NCBI GenBank assembly: GCA_032718475.1
Contig: JAUCBJ010003887.1
Span: 3,839 to 67,838, forward strand
DNA: 64,000 nt
Reading direction: 5' to 3'
Source: Nemertoderma westbladi
Taxonomy: Eukaryota; Animalia; Xenacoelomorpha
The position numbers and the translations under genes were made by a program. Below are positions 48,931 to 62,060 of the stretch, one piece after another. Within the stretch, counting starts at the first letter, position 1. Every line of letters begins with the position of its first letter. The notes below the pieces were generated by a model. It saw only the letters and a list, made by a program, of their open reading frames with translations, did not search any database and was not told the DNA's origin.

Positions 48931-51900
48931 ATATACAGTTACCAAGGTAACTATATATTTCTGGAATGATTTGAGTTTCACTAAAAGTTCCAACTAGTGT
49001 TCCAGATAACACATTCCCAGTTTCGTTAAATTTTAACGCGAAGACTATGTGCAAATGAGTAATTTTTGTATGAAAACATCATAGTTGAGTTGAGAAACCC
49101 CAAGTTTATATCTATTATAGTTTTCCTACAAATAGAGTTTTAAATATGACTTGAAATACATAGACTTTTTTCTAAGTCCGTTGCCATGGAAACCAGATTT
49201 TTCCTGGATATGTGACCCAGTCCAAAAGATGCGCCTCGACGAGTAGTATATACATGCAAAATTTCAGGGTACTTTTAAAGGCTAGTTTTTTGCCCGGCCA
49301 AAAAACACTAAATCTGCTCCATACAAGTAAAATAGCCCACTATGAATAGACCATCTCAGCTAAGGAAAATCTTTCTTAGCGAAAGTAGTTGATTTTCCTT
49401 AGCTTTGTGGACCTGGATATGATAAAGTTGTGCCTTGGCGAGTAGTATATACATGCAAAATTTCAGGGTACTTTTAATTACAATTATTATACTGTAAATA
49501 CGAGAAAGGCATTTCCTAAAGGAAATGCAACCACGAAGCTAAGGAAAATTAAACAAACGGCCACACTTTGGTTCGTTGCTTATAGCCTAGTTTAGTAGCA
49601 ATTGCCAATAATTTACGTCTATTCCCATGGAAACTAGAGTTCTCTGGAACTGTGGGTTTTACCTTTGAAAAAAGATTCAGTCCAGATTGTGGTTCAGATT
49701 ATAACACATATACCGAGTTTCAGAAAATATTGTAGTTTATGTCCAAATTACCGATTTTCTATCAAAATGCATCTGTTTGCAGTGGTTGTCATGGAAACTG
49801 AAAAATATAATAATGTAATTCGGATGCAGAATAAGTCATATAGTGGGGGTAGGTCTTGGTCCCAAGTCATAATACTATTAACTTGTGCTTCAAATTATCA
49901 TTTTATAAATAGTAACATCTGTTTAGTCTTGTTGCTATGGTAACTGTACTTTCTAATTAACCTCAAACGGCTTGGATGGATATGGAAATTATAGATGAGT
50001 TACAAAACCCCAAGTTTATATATATTACAGTTTTGCTAGAAATAGAGTTATCAATATAGACTTGAATGATATAGAGTTTAATAAACTACAGTTACCATGG
50101 TAACTAAATTTCTGGAATGATTTAAGTTTCACTAAAAGTTCCAACTAGTGGTGCAGATAACACATACCCAGTTTTGTAAAATTTTATCGCGAAGTCTATG
50201 TCCAAATGAATAATTTTTGTATAAAAACATATGTTTTCGGCTGTTGTCATGGTAACTGAAAAATAGAACAATGTAATTCGGATGCAGAATAAGTTATATA
50301 GTGGGGGTAGGGGTTGGTCCCAAGTCATAACACCTTGCCCTTAGGCTTCAAATTAACATTTTATAAATTTTAACATCTGTTTATCCCGGTTGCCAAGGTA
50401 ACTGGATTTTCTATTTAGCCTCAATCGGTTCTGCTATGGACCTTATAGTTGTGTTGCGAAACCCCAAGTTTATATCTATTATAGTTTTCCTACAAATAGA
50501 GTTATAAATATTGACTTGAAATACATAGACTTTTTTTGAAGTCCGTTGCCATGGAAACCAGATTTTTCCTGGATATGAGACCCGGCCCAAAAGATGCGCC
50601 TCGTCGAGTAGTATATACATGCAAAATTTCAGGGTACTTTTAAAGGCTAGTTTTTTCGCCTATCAAAAAACCCCAAATCTGCCTCACACAAGTAAAATAG
50701 CCCACTATGAATAGACCATCTCAGCTAAGGAAAATCTTTCTTAGCGAAAGTAGTTGATTTTCCTTAGCTTCGTGGACCAAAACCTACTAGAAAGGCATTT
50801 CCTAAAGGAAATGCAACCACGAAGCTAAGGAAAATTAAACAAACGGCTACAATTTGGTTCGTTGCTTAGCCTAGTTTAGTAGCATTTGCCAATAATTCTC
50901 TTCTATTCCCATGGAAAATAAAGTTTTCTGGAACTGTTGATTTAATGTTTGAAAAAAGATTTAGTCCAGATTGTGGTTCAGATAACACATATCCCGAGTT
51001 TCAGAAAATATTGTAGTTTATGTCCAAATTACCGATTTTCTATCAAAATGCATCTGTTTTCAGCGGTTGTCATGGTAACTGAAAAATAGAACAATGTAAT
51101 TTAGATGCAGAATAAGTCATATAATGGGGGTAGGTCTTGGTCCCAAGTCATAATACTATTAACTTGTGCTTCAAATTATCATTTTATAAATTTTACCATC
51201 TGTTTAGTCTTGTTGCTATGGTAACTGGATTGTGTAATTAACCTCGAACGGCTTGTATATGGACCTTATAAATGTGTTGCAAAACACCAAATTTATATAT
51301 ATTACATTATTTTGCTACAAATAGAGTATTGAATTTAGACTTGAATGATATAGACTTTAATAAACTACAGTTACCATGGTAACTAGGTATTTCTGGAATG
51401 TTTTTTTGTTTCACTAAAAGTTCCAAATAGTGGTCCAGATAACACATTCCCAGTTTCGTAAAATCTAATCGCGAAGTCTATGTTCAAATGAGTAATTTTT
51501 GTATAAAAACATCTGTTTTCAGCGGTTGTCATGGTAACTTCAAAATATAACAATCGAATTCGGACGCAGTATAAGTTATATAGTGGGGGTAGGGGTTGGT
51601 CCCAAGTCATAACACCTTAACCTTAGGCTTCAAATTAACATTTTATAAATTTTAACATCTGTTTAGCCCGGTTGCCAAGGTAACTAGATTTTCTATTTAA
51701 CCTCAATTGGCTCTGCTATGGACCTTATAGTTGAGTTGAGAAACCCCAAGTTTATATCTATTATAGTTTTCCTACAAATAGAGTTATAAATATTGACTTG
51801 AAATACATAGACTTTCTTCTAAGTCCGTTGCCATGGAAACCAGATTTTTCCTGGATATGAGACCCATCCCACACGATGCGCCTCGACGAGTAGTACATAC

Positions 51901-52057
51901 ATGCAAAATTTCAGGGTACTTTTAAAGGCTAGTTTTTTCGCCTATCAAAAAAAACCAAATCTGCCTCACACAAGTAAAATAGCCCACTATGAATAGACCA
52001 TCTCAGCTAAGGAAAATCTTTCTTAGCGAAAGTAGTTGATTTTCCTTAGCTTCGTGG
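48930..52057 (+). repeat. Head-to-tail array of ~1.27-kb Helentron/HINE-like non-autonomous units
   Basis: Units 49501-50776 and 50785-52057 plus a partial unit. Each starts with the hairpin GCATTTCCT-AA-AGGAAATGC, has a subterminal IR CCACGAAGCTAAGGAAAAT/ATTTTCCTTAGCTTCGTGG, and ~0.4-kb internal subrepeats. Family assignment is inferred. Confidence 0.65.
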
Positions 52058-53719
52058 ATATTGTTAACTTCCAAAATTACCATTTTTCGGCCCCAATTTC
52101 AGGCCCTTAACCCTAATAGTACTGGGCTATAAAATGTTGTACAAATACCGGGGGGGGGGGTTATATTGACCCCCCCCCCCCCCCCCGTTTATTTGTACGT
52201 AGGTATCACTAGTCTGGTTCCGACCGAAAAAAAATTTAAAAAAATTTAAAAAAAATAATGTTTTCGAAAAAATGTACTGGTGTGGTTTTATTGCAGCACC
52301 AAAATTAGGCTCATTCCATGAAAAGGTCAACCTCCCCACTAATTTCTAAAAATGAGATGTAGCTTTGAATTTATACTTATTTTAGGTCAAAATTTATCGT
52401 ACTTCATGAATTCAGTGCTAAAAATTGTATCAACACAGGTGGTTTATCAAAAATAGTCGAATTACAAATTATGCACCTGCTCTGCACAAAATGTGAATAA
52501 AAGTGTGCAAAAGTTTCGTTTCCTGTAGGCACTTCCTATGACCAATAAATTAACATTTCTGAGCATGTACCAAATCAAAAACAAACCCATTTTCGAATTT
52601 TTTTGGTTTTATTTAATTTCACCAGTGTTTCGTTCCTCTGTAATGAAATCGATAAAGTTAATCTTGTGATGTCCCATACTTTACCTAAAATAGTGAAATT
52701 TTTAGTTTATTCACAGAGATGTAACTCAGCCTAATCACCCAGTGGAATGCAAAGCACGTTTGTGTTGCGTCATCGTATAAAACAATTAGTTTCATCTTCA
52801 CTCCCTCAGAAATATCATGGCGGCCAATTGAAAATTGTCCCATACTTTACCATCAAAATGGCGATTATATTAGTGCACTGTATTAATGTAAAATGTGAAG
52901 CCATGAGTGTTATAATACTCTAAGGTCATAGTCGGCCGTAAGAATAGGAGTCTATATTTGAACTGAGAATCATTCCTCAGTCAAGAAATCCTTGGGTTTA
53001 TGCATGTAAAGTCCCATACTTTACCAAAAAATAGTGAAATTTTTAATTTATACACAGAGAAGTAGTCTAACTCAGCCAAATCACCCAGTGGAATGCAAAG
53101 CACGTTTGTGTTGCGTCATCTTAAGAAACAATTACCTGTAGTTTCATAATCTACTCCCTCAGAAACATCATAACGGCCAATTGAAAATTGTCCCATACTT
53201 GACCATTATAATGGCGATTACATTAGTGCACTGTATTAATGTAATATATGAAACCTGGAGGGCAGGAGTGTTATTAATGCTTTAGGGTGATAGTAGGGGG
53301 AAGCATAGAAGTATGTATTTGAACCAAGAATCATTCCTCAGTTAACTAGTCGTTGCGTTTATGCATGTAAAGTCCCGTACTTTACAACAAATTTCAAAAA
53401 ATTTAGTTTTTTAGCAGATAAGAAGATCGGTAAGTACAGTAATTGATACATTTTCAGAAAAATGGAAAGAAATTCTAAACTTTTTACAGACTACATGCCA
53501 AGTTTGGTTATATTTCATCAATGATTGGCGGACTTATTTCGGTTTTTATCAAAATTTTGAAACTATCGGTACCAACAGACAGACTGTCTGATATGTGACC
53601 TTTGATTCCTTAAACTTCAGATTCTTTCCAAACTTTTGACAGACTTCATAGGACACTAGGTTACTGCTATTTTCGTATCTCCAACATATTGCTGAAAATG
53701 CCACTTCCCATTTTATGAG

Positions 53720-56700
53720 GGTAATTTGGCGGAATTGAATCCGCTTACACTCCCCCCCATGCTATCTTCCCGGTGAGAAGATAGCATCATCTACAAGTGC
53801 GCTTCAATTCCGCTGGAACTTGATCTACTATCGGGTGTGGGGTGGAGTTCTTTTTTCAAAGTCGGCTTTCCAGGCCGCTCCCTCTGGGTATGATATCACT
53901 ACCCCTTCTTGGTGCAACCGCAACCTATGTTGCACCAAGACATCTAACGTCTCTGTTCGAGACAATTGTGGACTCCTCTCACACAATTTTATATCTCCTC
54001 ACTCTAAACTGACTCTAACTTCACTAGCTCCACTCTAACTCCACTCTACTCTATCTTACTCTCGGACCTCTCTGTCCCTTACTCTCCCTCTTACTGCTCA
54101 CTCCCCACATTTGAATTGCACTCGTTTACTTTCCACACATGTCAACACCTCCTCTCAATATCTTCTCTGTACTCCTGTACCCAACCCTTTCTTGTACTCG
54201 TTCCTGTACTTACTTTGATTATATTGATTCTAATTATACTCTATTGATTATTACATACGTACATACTAATTGCACTTTTATTAAATTTGCACTTAGGAGT
54301 TCGTATTACTTGGCATGTGGTGCCTTCCAGGCATCCCCACATCTCCCCCTCCAAGTCTTAGTTCGCTCCTCCCGTCTTCGGGAACCATCTCAGTTCCTTC
54401 CCTATATCGTCATCTTGCCTCGGTCGCTTCCTTGTGGCTGTTGCTTCCTTGTTCTTATCCTCCTTAAGGCTCCCCATTCTCGCCGTTACCGCTTTACTGA
54501 TCCCTGTGGTCGATTCCTTGGGCGCTGGTGTTATTAGCTCCCAGTAATGCTTTACAGGTGGCCCTTCCGAATGCCCCTCCTGCTTCCCCCTAGTAGCGTC
54601 CCATAAGATCATCTTCATGGTCCACGGCACATGGATGGTAAGCAAGCTTCAGGACGTTAACGTCTCTGTCCATGTTTACGTCCTCGTCTCGTCTCGGCAT
54701 CGCCTCACCAAACACTACTCGTGGTGCCAGTCCTGGTTGCTCGCCCAACCTGATGGTGCTCCCCGCGAAATCCATCGCCGGCTCCTCATGCACCCAGGCC
54801 CGCTTGCCGGGTTTATCCCAGAAGGCCCTCGCCCCGCTGGCTGTCACCACTCTCCGTGGCCGATTCTCTCGATGGGCGGCATCTCCCCGAACTCGTCGTC
54901 ATCCTCATCCCCCGCTGGGACTGGATCCAGACCCGGTATCCCGGTAGATCCACCGTGTCCCTTCCCACCTTGGCTCTTGCCCGTAACTTTCCATCCTTCC
55001 AGTTCCCTCGGTCTCTTCCTCGCAAAATCGCCCTCAGAGCCCGCTGGCATGGGCGTCGCTTGCAGTCCCGATGTCAACTGTTTCGGCGATCCTTCCATCC
55101 ATCCTAGCTCCTCCCCCAGAAACTCGCCCGAGCGCCCTGATCCCCACCGTAACTCATCCAAGTTCTGGGCCTCGAATCCGTAGTCCTCTCCTCTAGCTAG
55201 CTCCTGCCTCTCTTTCATCTGCCTCCCTCCTTTCTCGTCTGGCGATTTCTTCCAATCGCTTCTCTTCTAGTCTATCCGCCTCCAGCTTCTCCCACCTCTG
55301 ATATGGTGTATCCACCTCCCTGTCTACTAGATGTCGGCAGTTGTAATATACCGACTCGCCTTTCAGCCCTGGGTGGTCTGCCAGACCCTCGAAGGCCACC
55401 TTGAAGGCTCTTCTGTAGTTTAGGGGTGATCCAGACAGTAGAAACACCGTTGGCTCTCTTCCGATAACCACGGCCATGAATAGGTTTAATAAACCTATCA
55501 TTATCCAATCCTCCTTGAGGATATATCGCTTCTGATATATCTTTATCGCTCCTCTCCGGAACTGATACACCTCCTGTTTCCCTGGCCTCGCTCCCCACTT
55601 CAGCGAGTTTGCCAGCTCCGCTCCGTACTCCTCTCTGAATTTGACCCAGTCCATCGGTTTATGGCAGACGAGCCCCATGAGCTGACCCATCGCCACTGCT
55701 CCACAATGTCCTGTATTCTCTACCAATCCCAACCCGGCTGGCCCTGTCATGGCCATGTAGACTGCTTGCATGTGCAGGAGGTTGGTGGTCTCCGGTCCGA
55801 AGATCCTCTCCGCATCGTCGCGGATCGCCAATCCCACCTTCATCGTCGTCTTCTCTCTTACTAGGTTCTGCACCGCCCTTGGTAACTGGTTCAACTTCGG
55901 TCCGCTCTTCTTTCCATACGTTCCCAGATTGAACAGGAATATGTCCCCATTTGGCGCAGCCAAATGCAGAAGTATGGTTCTGGCCGACCCCGCCGACCCT
56001 CTTCTCGAACCCTCGTCGTCTTCCACAGTCCCTTCGTCGTCTAGGACCATGTATCCTCCCCTGTTTACGGACTCTACGAACCTCCTCCAGTCCTTTCTTG
56101 GTGGTTCCCTAACGTAATGGAAATGTTCAAGGATCGCATTGTCTAGCGACGGTGTCCCGTAGGTCCCGACCAGTCGCCTCCCGTGCATCTCCCTGATATG
56201 GTCCTGCAGCGCTCGCGCCTTGTGACCCTTCTCTAACCGCACGTAGTATCCCCTCGTCTTCTCCTCCGGATGCCTCTGGGTGAAACCTACAAGTATCTCC
56301 TTTCCACCTCTTTCCGCCTTTCTCTTCCTGACAAGTCTCTCCGCCATTACGAACTCTTCCAATCGCTCACCCACAAGGTGGTGCCTTACAAAGGCTCAAA
56401 ATAGATGAGTGATGTAGTTAGGATGGTCTGTGTGGTCCGATAATGGCCTATCTCTCTCAGAACACTAGGTTTTCTGTTATATTTTACCTATGTACCCCAC
56501 AAAGTGCTAAATTTTCCTAAATTCCCTAAATCTGTCAGTTGCTTTTATAATGTTCTAGAATTTTTTGCCTACTGTTACCATAATTTATTGAATTTTATTT
56601 TTAATACTAAATTGTAATCCTACTACTGTGCTATTAATACTCATAATGGGTTATTTCTGCCTAAATGACCCCCATAGTTTGCATACAGGGTAGACTAGCT

Positions 56701-56860
56701 ATTTCTTACTGTGCTAGTCTGCACCAGGTAACCTCCTGGCCCTGTATCAAACATTCTGAACTACTCTACGGGCTGTGCAGTACAATAGTCTGTCTCGTGC
56801 GGCCTACACGGTCTGTCCTGCTGTGCCACCTTTCCTCTATATTACCCAAGTAGAACGGTT
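53720..56860 (-). mobile_element. LTR-element remnant 'D': accessory gene, hairpin, PPT and start of 3' LTR
   Basis: Minus strand hairpin ATGCTATCTTC...GAAGATAGCAT, then GGGGGGGAG (53750-53758), then TGTAAGCGG (from 53749). Boundaries approximate. Confidence 0.55.
55193..56374 (-). CDS. WRN/Mut-7-like DEDDy 3'-5' exonuclease domain protein, homolog of the A accessory protein
   Basis: GYMVLDDEG, LHLAAPNG, LPRAVQNLVREKTTMKVGLAIRDDAERIF, SLKW, QKRYILKED match A GYMFYDNEG, IQIRAPDG, LPKAVRDVVLDKSIVKIGSGVRDDL, QLKW, LQYYLVIES. Continues with frameshifts to ~54358. Confidence 0.75.
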   Translation of the reverse strand: MGERLEEFVMAERLVRKRKAERGGKEILVGFTQRHPEEKTRGYYVRLEKGHKARALQDHIREMHGRRLVGTYGTPSLDNAILEHFHYVREPPRKDWRRFVESVNRGGYMVLDDEGTVEDDEGSRRGSAGSARTILLHLAAPNGDIFLFNLGTYGKKSGPKLNQLPRAVQNLVREKTTMKVGLAIRDDAERIFGPETTNLLHMQAVYMAMTGPAGLGLVENTGHCGAVAMGQLMGLVCHKPMDWVKFREEYGAELANSLKWGARPGKQEVYQFRRGAIKIYQKRYILKEDWIMIGLLNLFMAVVIGREPTVFLLSGSPLNYRRAFKVAFEGLADHPGLKGESVYYNCRHLVDREVDTPYQRWEKLEADRLEEKRLEEIARRERREADEREAGAS

Positions 56861-58101
56861 TCGTTCTAATTAAATGAAACAGAGTTGTAATGATTTAAAA
56901 ATTGTAAAAAATGTTCAAATTTGGCCAAAAATTGGCCAAAAGTTTAATTATTAGCCGACTACTGAATGCCTTTTAGCTGCAAGTTTCAAAGAACATGCAC
57001 ACAGTATAGGCGCGTTTGTGGTATAAGTTTCAACCCCATAGGCCTAAAGCTCTATGAGCTAGGGGCTGCGGAATGTCGAAAAATAGCATTTTTTGACAAA
57101 TTTTCTGGGAAAAATGGATTCATTTAAAAATGGCCAATTTTTGGAATCTGAAAATTTTATAGAATGTGCATTATTTATATAGCTAGAAAAAACCCAAACG
57201 ACATTGCAGAGTTTGTATTTGATTATTTCGAGATAATTGAGCGCGAATATAAAAAAAACGTGATTTTTCCAAAATTTACAAACTTTGACCTTTGACCCTT
57301 AAAGTTCGATTTTCTAAAAAACTAAGGGTATCACTTCTAACGGGCGGGAGATCTGTCAGCATGCAAAATTTCAGCTTCTGAGGATTATCCCTTATATGGG
57401 CTAGTACGAACTGCGCGGAATATACTATATGTAGAAACGTGTACACGGGATGGTTCGCAGCTGGACTCCAGCTGCGAACGGGTTGACTTTTTGATTTTAT
57501 TTTTCGAGAGTCCGCATATCCAACTAGTAGGCACAGCGTTCTCCCTTAATGACAAGAACAATACCGGTACCGTTTCATTCAGTACTGCTGTACTGTACTT
57601 ACTGTTTGCCTGGCGCTGACAGAAAAAATATAAGAAAGCCATTCCGTACGCGAAAAGACAATTAAGGTGTTATTTCAGCCTTCTCATAGGGTTAATGTTA
57701 AATTAATTAAAAAAATTTAAAATTGTACTGTAAACTGTTTTCCTAAATTTAGTTTATTATTTTGTTTAAAAAAGCCTCTATTATAACCTGTTACTTTCCA
57801 TTAAAATGTACCTTAAATGGTGAATATCGAAATTAAATATTCGCGAAATTAAGCTAATATGTTTAAATGGGCTGAAACGACACCCCAATTGGTAATATGC
57901 GTTCCGTACAGGAATATTGGTCCGTGAATTAACTAATCAGCTCACTCACTCAATCAGCTGTTTTCATACAGGAATGTTTGATATTTCCAAAGACCCAAGA
58001 CCCAATTATAAAGACCTGCATAATATTGTAACATGTGTTAACTTTCGTTTATTGTTTTGGTTCCCTCTGTAACCTGCTACTTTACTAACCTGCTCCTTTA
58101 A

Positions 58102-58782
58102 GGGGGGGTACACCATTTTCGGGCAACTCCTCGATTTATCACTCTCAGCGTTTCAAAATTGTTTGGTTTTGGCTTACATTTGGAATATAGGTGCCTAAGA
58201 TGCTATTCTACATGACAGGTCAGAAATTTTTTTTTTTCGCTAATTAATATTAGTTAATACGAGTTAACAATAAAAAAAACTTGGTTGCGCTTAAAACCCT
58301 AAGGCTTTTACAGTTTTGAATCTAATCACATGAAAGTCTTTTTATATGATAGATCTAAGATGGGGCAACATAATTATCAGGTGAAATTTTGTGAAAATAA
58401 TTCTGCACCGCTAGGTGGCGCTGCAAATTTATGCTAATGTTTTAGGTTTGTTTTAAATAGTATTAAATTTTATTAACAAAAAATTTCGAAAAGTTGTTTG
58501 ATACTTTTATGAATAGTGGCTATGTAGACACCCACAGAAAGTTTCAGACTAATTACTCAAAAATTGTAGAAGGGTTTTGAAGTTGACAATTTCATAAAAT
58601 AAATATTTGGAGATAATCGACCTTTCATTATACAATATACCATAGTAATTTCAATAGGTCGCCCGAAATAGAAATTGTTTCAACTTGAAAACTAAAAGAG
58701 CTATTAAATAGCGGTTTTCAGATTTGGAAACACCATTCAATGGTGCATTATAATAGACCATAAAAAAAATTAAGGTGCCCCC
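58102..58782. mobile_element. Kolobok-like MITE
   Basis: TTAA on both sides; termini GGGGG..ACACC and GGTGCCCCC; second copy at 61.65-62.06 kb. Confidence 0.7.
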
Positions 58783-59503
58783 TTAAAGTGGCTTGGGGGA
58801 CAACTACTCCTTCTGAATGGATCAAAGATTCCAGATTATGAAAACAGGAAATTTGATTCATGAGCTGATTGGTTATTCACGGATTAAAACGGAACGGCTT
58901 GTAAAATATCCACTTCTGCAATATTGTAACTGTAATATTATATATTCTCCAATTATTACAGAATTAGGAACTAAAAATACCAGCCGCCGCCTAATCGTAG
59001 TGACAACGCTCGGCCACATGGATCGTTTTCACTACGATTGAAATTTATCTTTTATGTTCAATGTTCATGGCCAAACGTTGTCACTGCGATTTAATTCGTA
59101 GTGACAATGTTCGACCATGAACATTGAACCCAAAAATAATTTTAAATAATATATCATATTATATATACATATAAATCAAATAATTTACGTTTACGTAGTG
59201 ACGACAACGCTCGTCCACTATCTACTGTTAACTAGCTTCCATCCTCCCTGCTTCATTCAACCTTCAAGCATTATCTCTGCAGTACACAATAACGCTACGG
59301 AGCTTCAAACTCCAATATCCAATATCCAAACTCCAAAAATCGCATAAATGAAATAATAAGAGGATGTACCTACAGTATGTAGTAGCGCAAATGGGTGCTT
59401 GGATATTGAATGGATATTGGGGGATTGTCAGGAGTAACTGGATAAAGTGCGAAGTTGAAGAAAAAATATATCTTGATATGCATACTATTTCTACTTTTCT
59501 TAC

Positions 59504-60201
59504 CAAAGTTCTCCGCTTCTCGAATTTAATTTCACATCAAAACGTTGCGACATTTCCCCAGAAATCGTCACCCTTTTGATAGAATATTTTTCAGAATCCC
59601 TGTCGGTTGGTTTCGGTTTAATTTCGTAACATTTGTTCATTTCCGTACAATTTTTGATCTTTTCATCACATTCCTTAATGAACATTTCATTTAGCTTGGT
59701 ATTAAATTTCGGAGAATTGTCATTAGTATCCTCGGCTTTTAAAATTATTGTGTAGCTTTGTTCTACATTAGATTCGCCAGATCCTTTGAGATCATAATCG
59801 CCTCTATAGTCATCACCTAAATTCACGATAAAATCGAATAGAAACTCGCAGGTATCTAAGCATACACCACTAAGACTTTCATCGTCACGGTCAAATTCTT
59901 GTTTAGTGAAGATTTTGTGTTCTTGAAGTGAGAAATATTTCTTGGTATGTGTTTTCATGGTGATACCTCGATTAAAAAATAATTCGAAATTTAGTTTTTT
60001 TGCATTATCATTAGAAATTCTCAATAACGTTACAACGTCAACTACTTCGGTTCCTTTATTAATATTATCGTCTATGATTTTGTATTGTTTTAGTCCACTA
60101 GGAAGTTGAATATCTTCTTTCTTCGTACAAATCGTAATTGAAACAATAACTAATAAAACAGTTGATGTCTGAAATATATACATTATGGGTCCATATATCA
60201 C
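59504..60201 (-). CDS. First coding exon of a cadherin/protocadherin-like host gene
   Basis: Hydrophobic signal-like N-terminus; cadherin Ca2+ motifs FDRDD, AEDTNDNSPKF, TDRDS. The apparent stop lies in a splice donor G|GTAAGA at 59504/59503. Confidence 0.7.
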
Positions 60202-60492
60202 ATTTATAGAAAATATTATGTGTATTATAAGCTTAAAACGTCACCATTCGATTCGGCAGGGTAGGTTATTTATTATTAAGACCACAAAGTAAATTGGTAT
60301 TAGCTACATGTACCAGGCTCCTTCATACAATCAATTAATTAATTAATTAAACTCAATTAAATGCGAATTTTTACATGGATAACAGCAAAAAAAACAATTT
60401 GTGTTAACAAATTTGCTCGTGGGATGGGCCGCAACATGTAGCTAATTTATATTTTATATATAGCATATACACCACGACCAGTAATATAGTGT

Positions 60493-61326
60493 CATTTTCT
60501 GATGACACGGAACCCCCCCCCCTCCCCCCCAAAAAAAAAAATTCTACAAATCTTTATCATATTGATTGAAATTTAAAACACAACTAGTTCAACTCACCGT
60601 GGTTGTTACCATGAAGCCGGAATTTTCTATTTCACCTTTAAATTATTTTTATAAGCGTTTTAAAAAAGTGTCTTTTGCGAAATCGCACCCGCTGTATCGT
60701 AGCCATTCTTCACATTAGTCGTAATTTCTTCATATCAATAGAAAGCTTGCGTCGCGTCGCAAGGATTCCAAATATGTAACATATCTGAGTTTCGTTGAGA
60801 AACAACTGAGATATAGGCGTTCGGAGATTACAAGAATTATTGTTCACTGCAGGCCATTTATTCTATTTAATAAATACACAAAATTCTAGAACGTGTTATT
60901 TATTTTATGAGTTGGTAGGCAACAGCGGTATGCCATATACAATATCTATATTGCGTAGCTAATCATACATAAACAAATTGTTCCAGAATTGTGTATTTAT
61001 TAAATAGAATAAATGACCTTCAGAGAACAATAATTCTTGCAATCTTTGAACGCCTATATCTTAGCTGTTTCTCAACGAAAATCAAACATTGTTACATATT
61101 TGGAATGGTTGATGTTACATAATATGGCGATGATAGGAGATGTGCAATTTCGCAAAAGACACGTTTTTAAAACGCTTATAAAAAATTTTTTTAGGCGAAA
61201 TCGAAAATTCCGGCTTCATGGTAACAACCACGGACTTGAACTAGTTGTGTTTCAAATTTCAAGCAATATGATAAAGATTTGTAGAAAAATTTGGGGGGGG
61301 GGGGGGTCCGTGTCATCAGAAAATGA
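60493..61326. mobile_element. Fold-back MITE with ~0.4-kb inverted arms
   Basis: TCATTTTCTGATGACACGGA-polyC... mirrored by ...polyG-TCCGTGTCATCAGAAAATGA; arms match inward to about 60.9 kb. Confidence 0.8.
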
Positions 61327-61645
61327 ACCTTTATAACGGGCCATGGTTTATATTTAGCATATTACGTTTTGACTCTAAACGTACAGCAGTAATAGGCCTA
61401 CTACTTAAACAGAGCAATCAATTAATCTTACAAAAATAAATGTCCTATTTTAATCTAATTTCTAATTTTAATCTACTGTATAACATTTTCTGTTTAATAA
61501 AATTTATTAGCTGAGAAATTGAAAATATATTTTTCTAGAAGTAAGGTGCCAAGTAAACACAAAAAGTTTTGAAATATATTTTCTTTGAAATTATCCATTC
61601 AATCTTATATACAAAAATGCGGATAATAAAACATTTATCCAATTA

Positions 61646-62060
61646 AGGGGGCGTGGGGGGGGGGGGGGGGGGGGGGGGTGGGGGTGGGGGGGGTGGTGGA
61701 GCGGGGGGTGGGGGGGTACACCATTTTCAGACAACTCTTTGATTTATCAATCTCCGCGTTTCAAAATTGTTTGGTTTTGGCTATAATTTGGAATACTGTA
61801 TAGGTGCCTAAGATGCTATTCTACATGACAGGTCAGAAAAAATATATTTCGCTATTTAATATTAGTTAATCTAGTTAACAATAAAAATAACTAGGTTACG
61901 CTTAAAATCCTAACGCTTTCGAACAGTTTTGAATCTAATCACATGAAAGTGTTTTTAAATGACAGATCAAAGATAGGCCAACATAACTATCAGGCGAAAT
62001 TTTGTGAAAATAAATCTGCACCGCTAGGTGGCGCTGCAACTTTGTGCTAATTTTTGGAAG
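61646..62060. mobile_element. Truncated second copy of the Kolobok-like MITE with expanded G-tract
   Basis: Aligns with 58102-58445; ~70-nt G-rich run at the left end. Confidence 0.75.

Larger units (their letters stand above)
52111..57691. mobile_element. Possible piggyBac-like non-autonomous element(s) enclosing remnant D
   Basis: TTAA|CCCTA at left and TAGGG|TTAA at right; ~350-bp internal duplication at 52.7-53.4 kb. The TIR match is short, so the two ends may be unrelated. Confidence 0.35.

Noticed and set aside
49665-61336. Short ORFs in the repeat array and MITEs, and antisense ORFs over gag-pol and LINEs
   Set aside because: Shadow frames or repeat-derived, with no recognisable motifs.
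61646-61716. Long G-run as a functional G-quadruplex element
   Set aside because: The other MITE copy has only 7 G; likely slippage or sequencing error.
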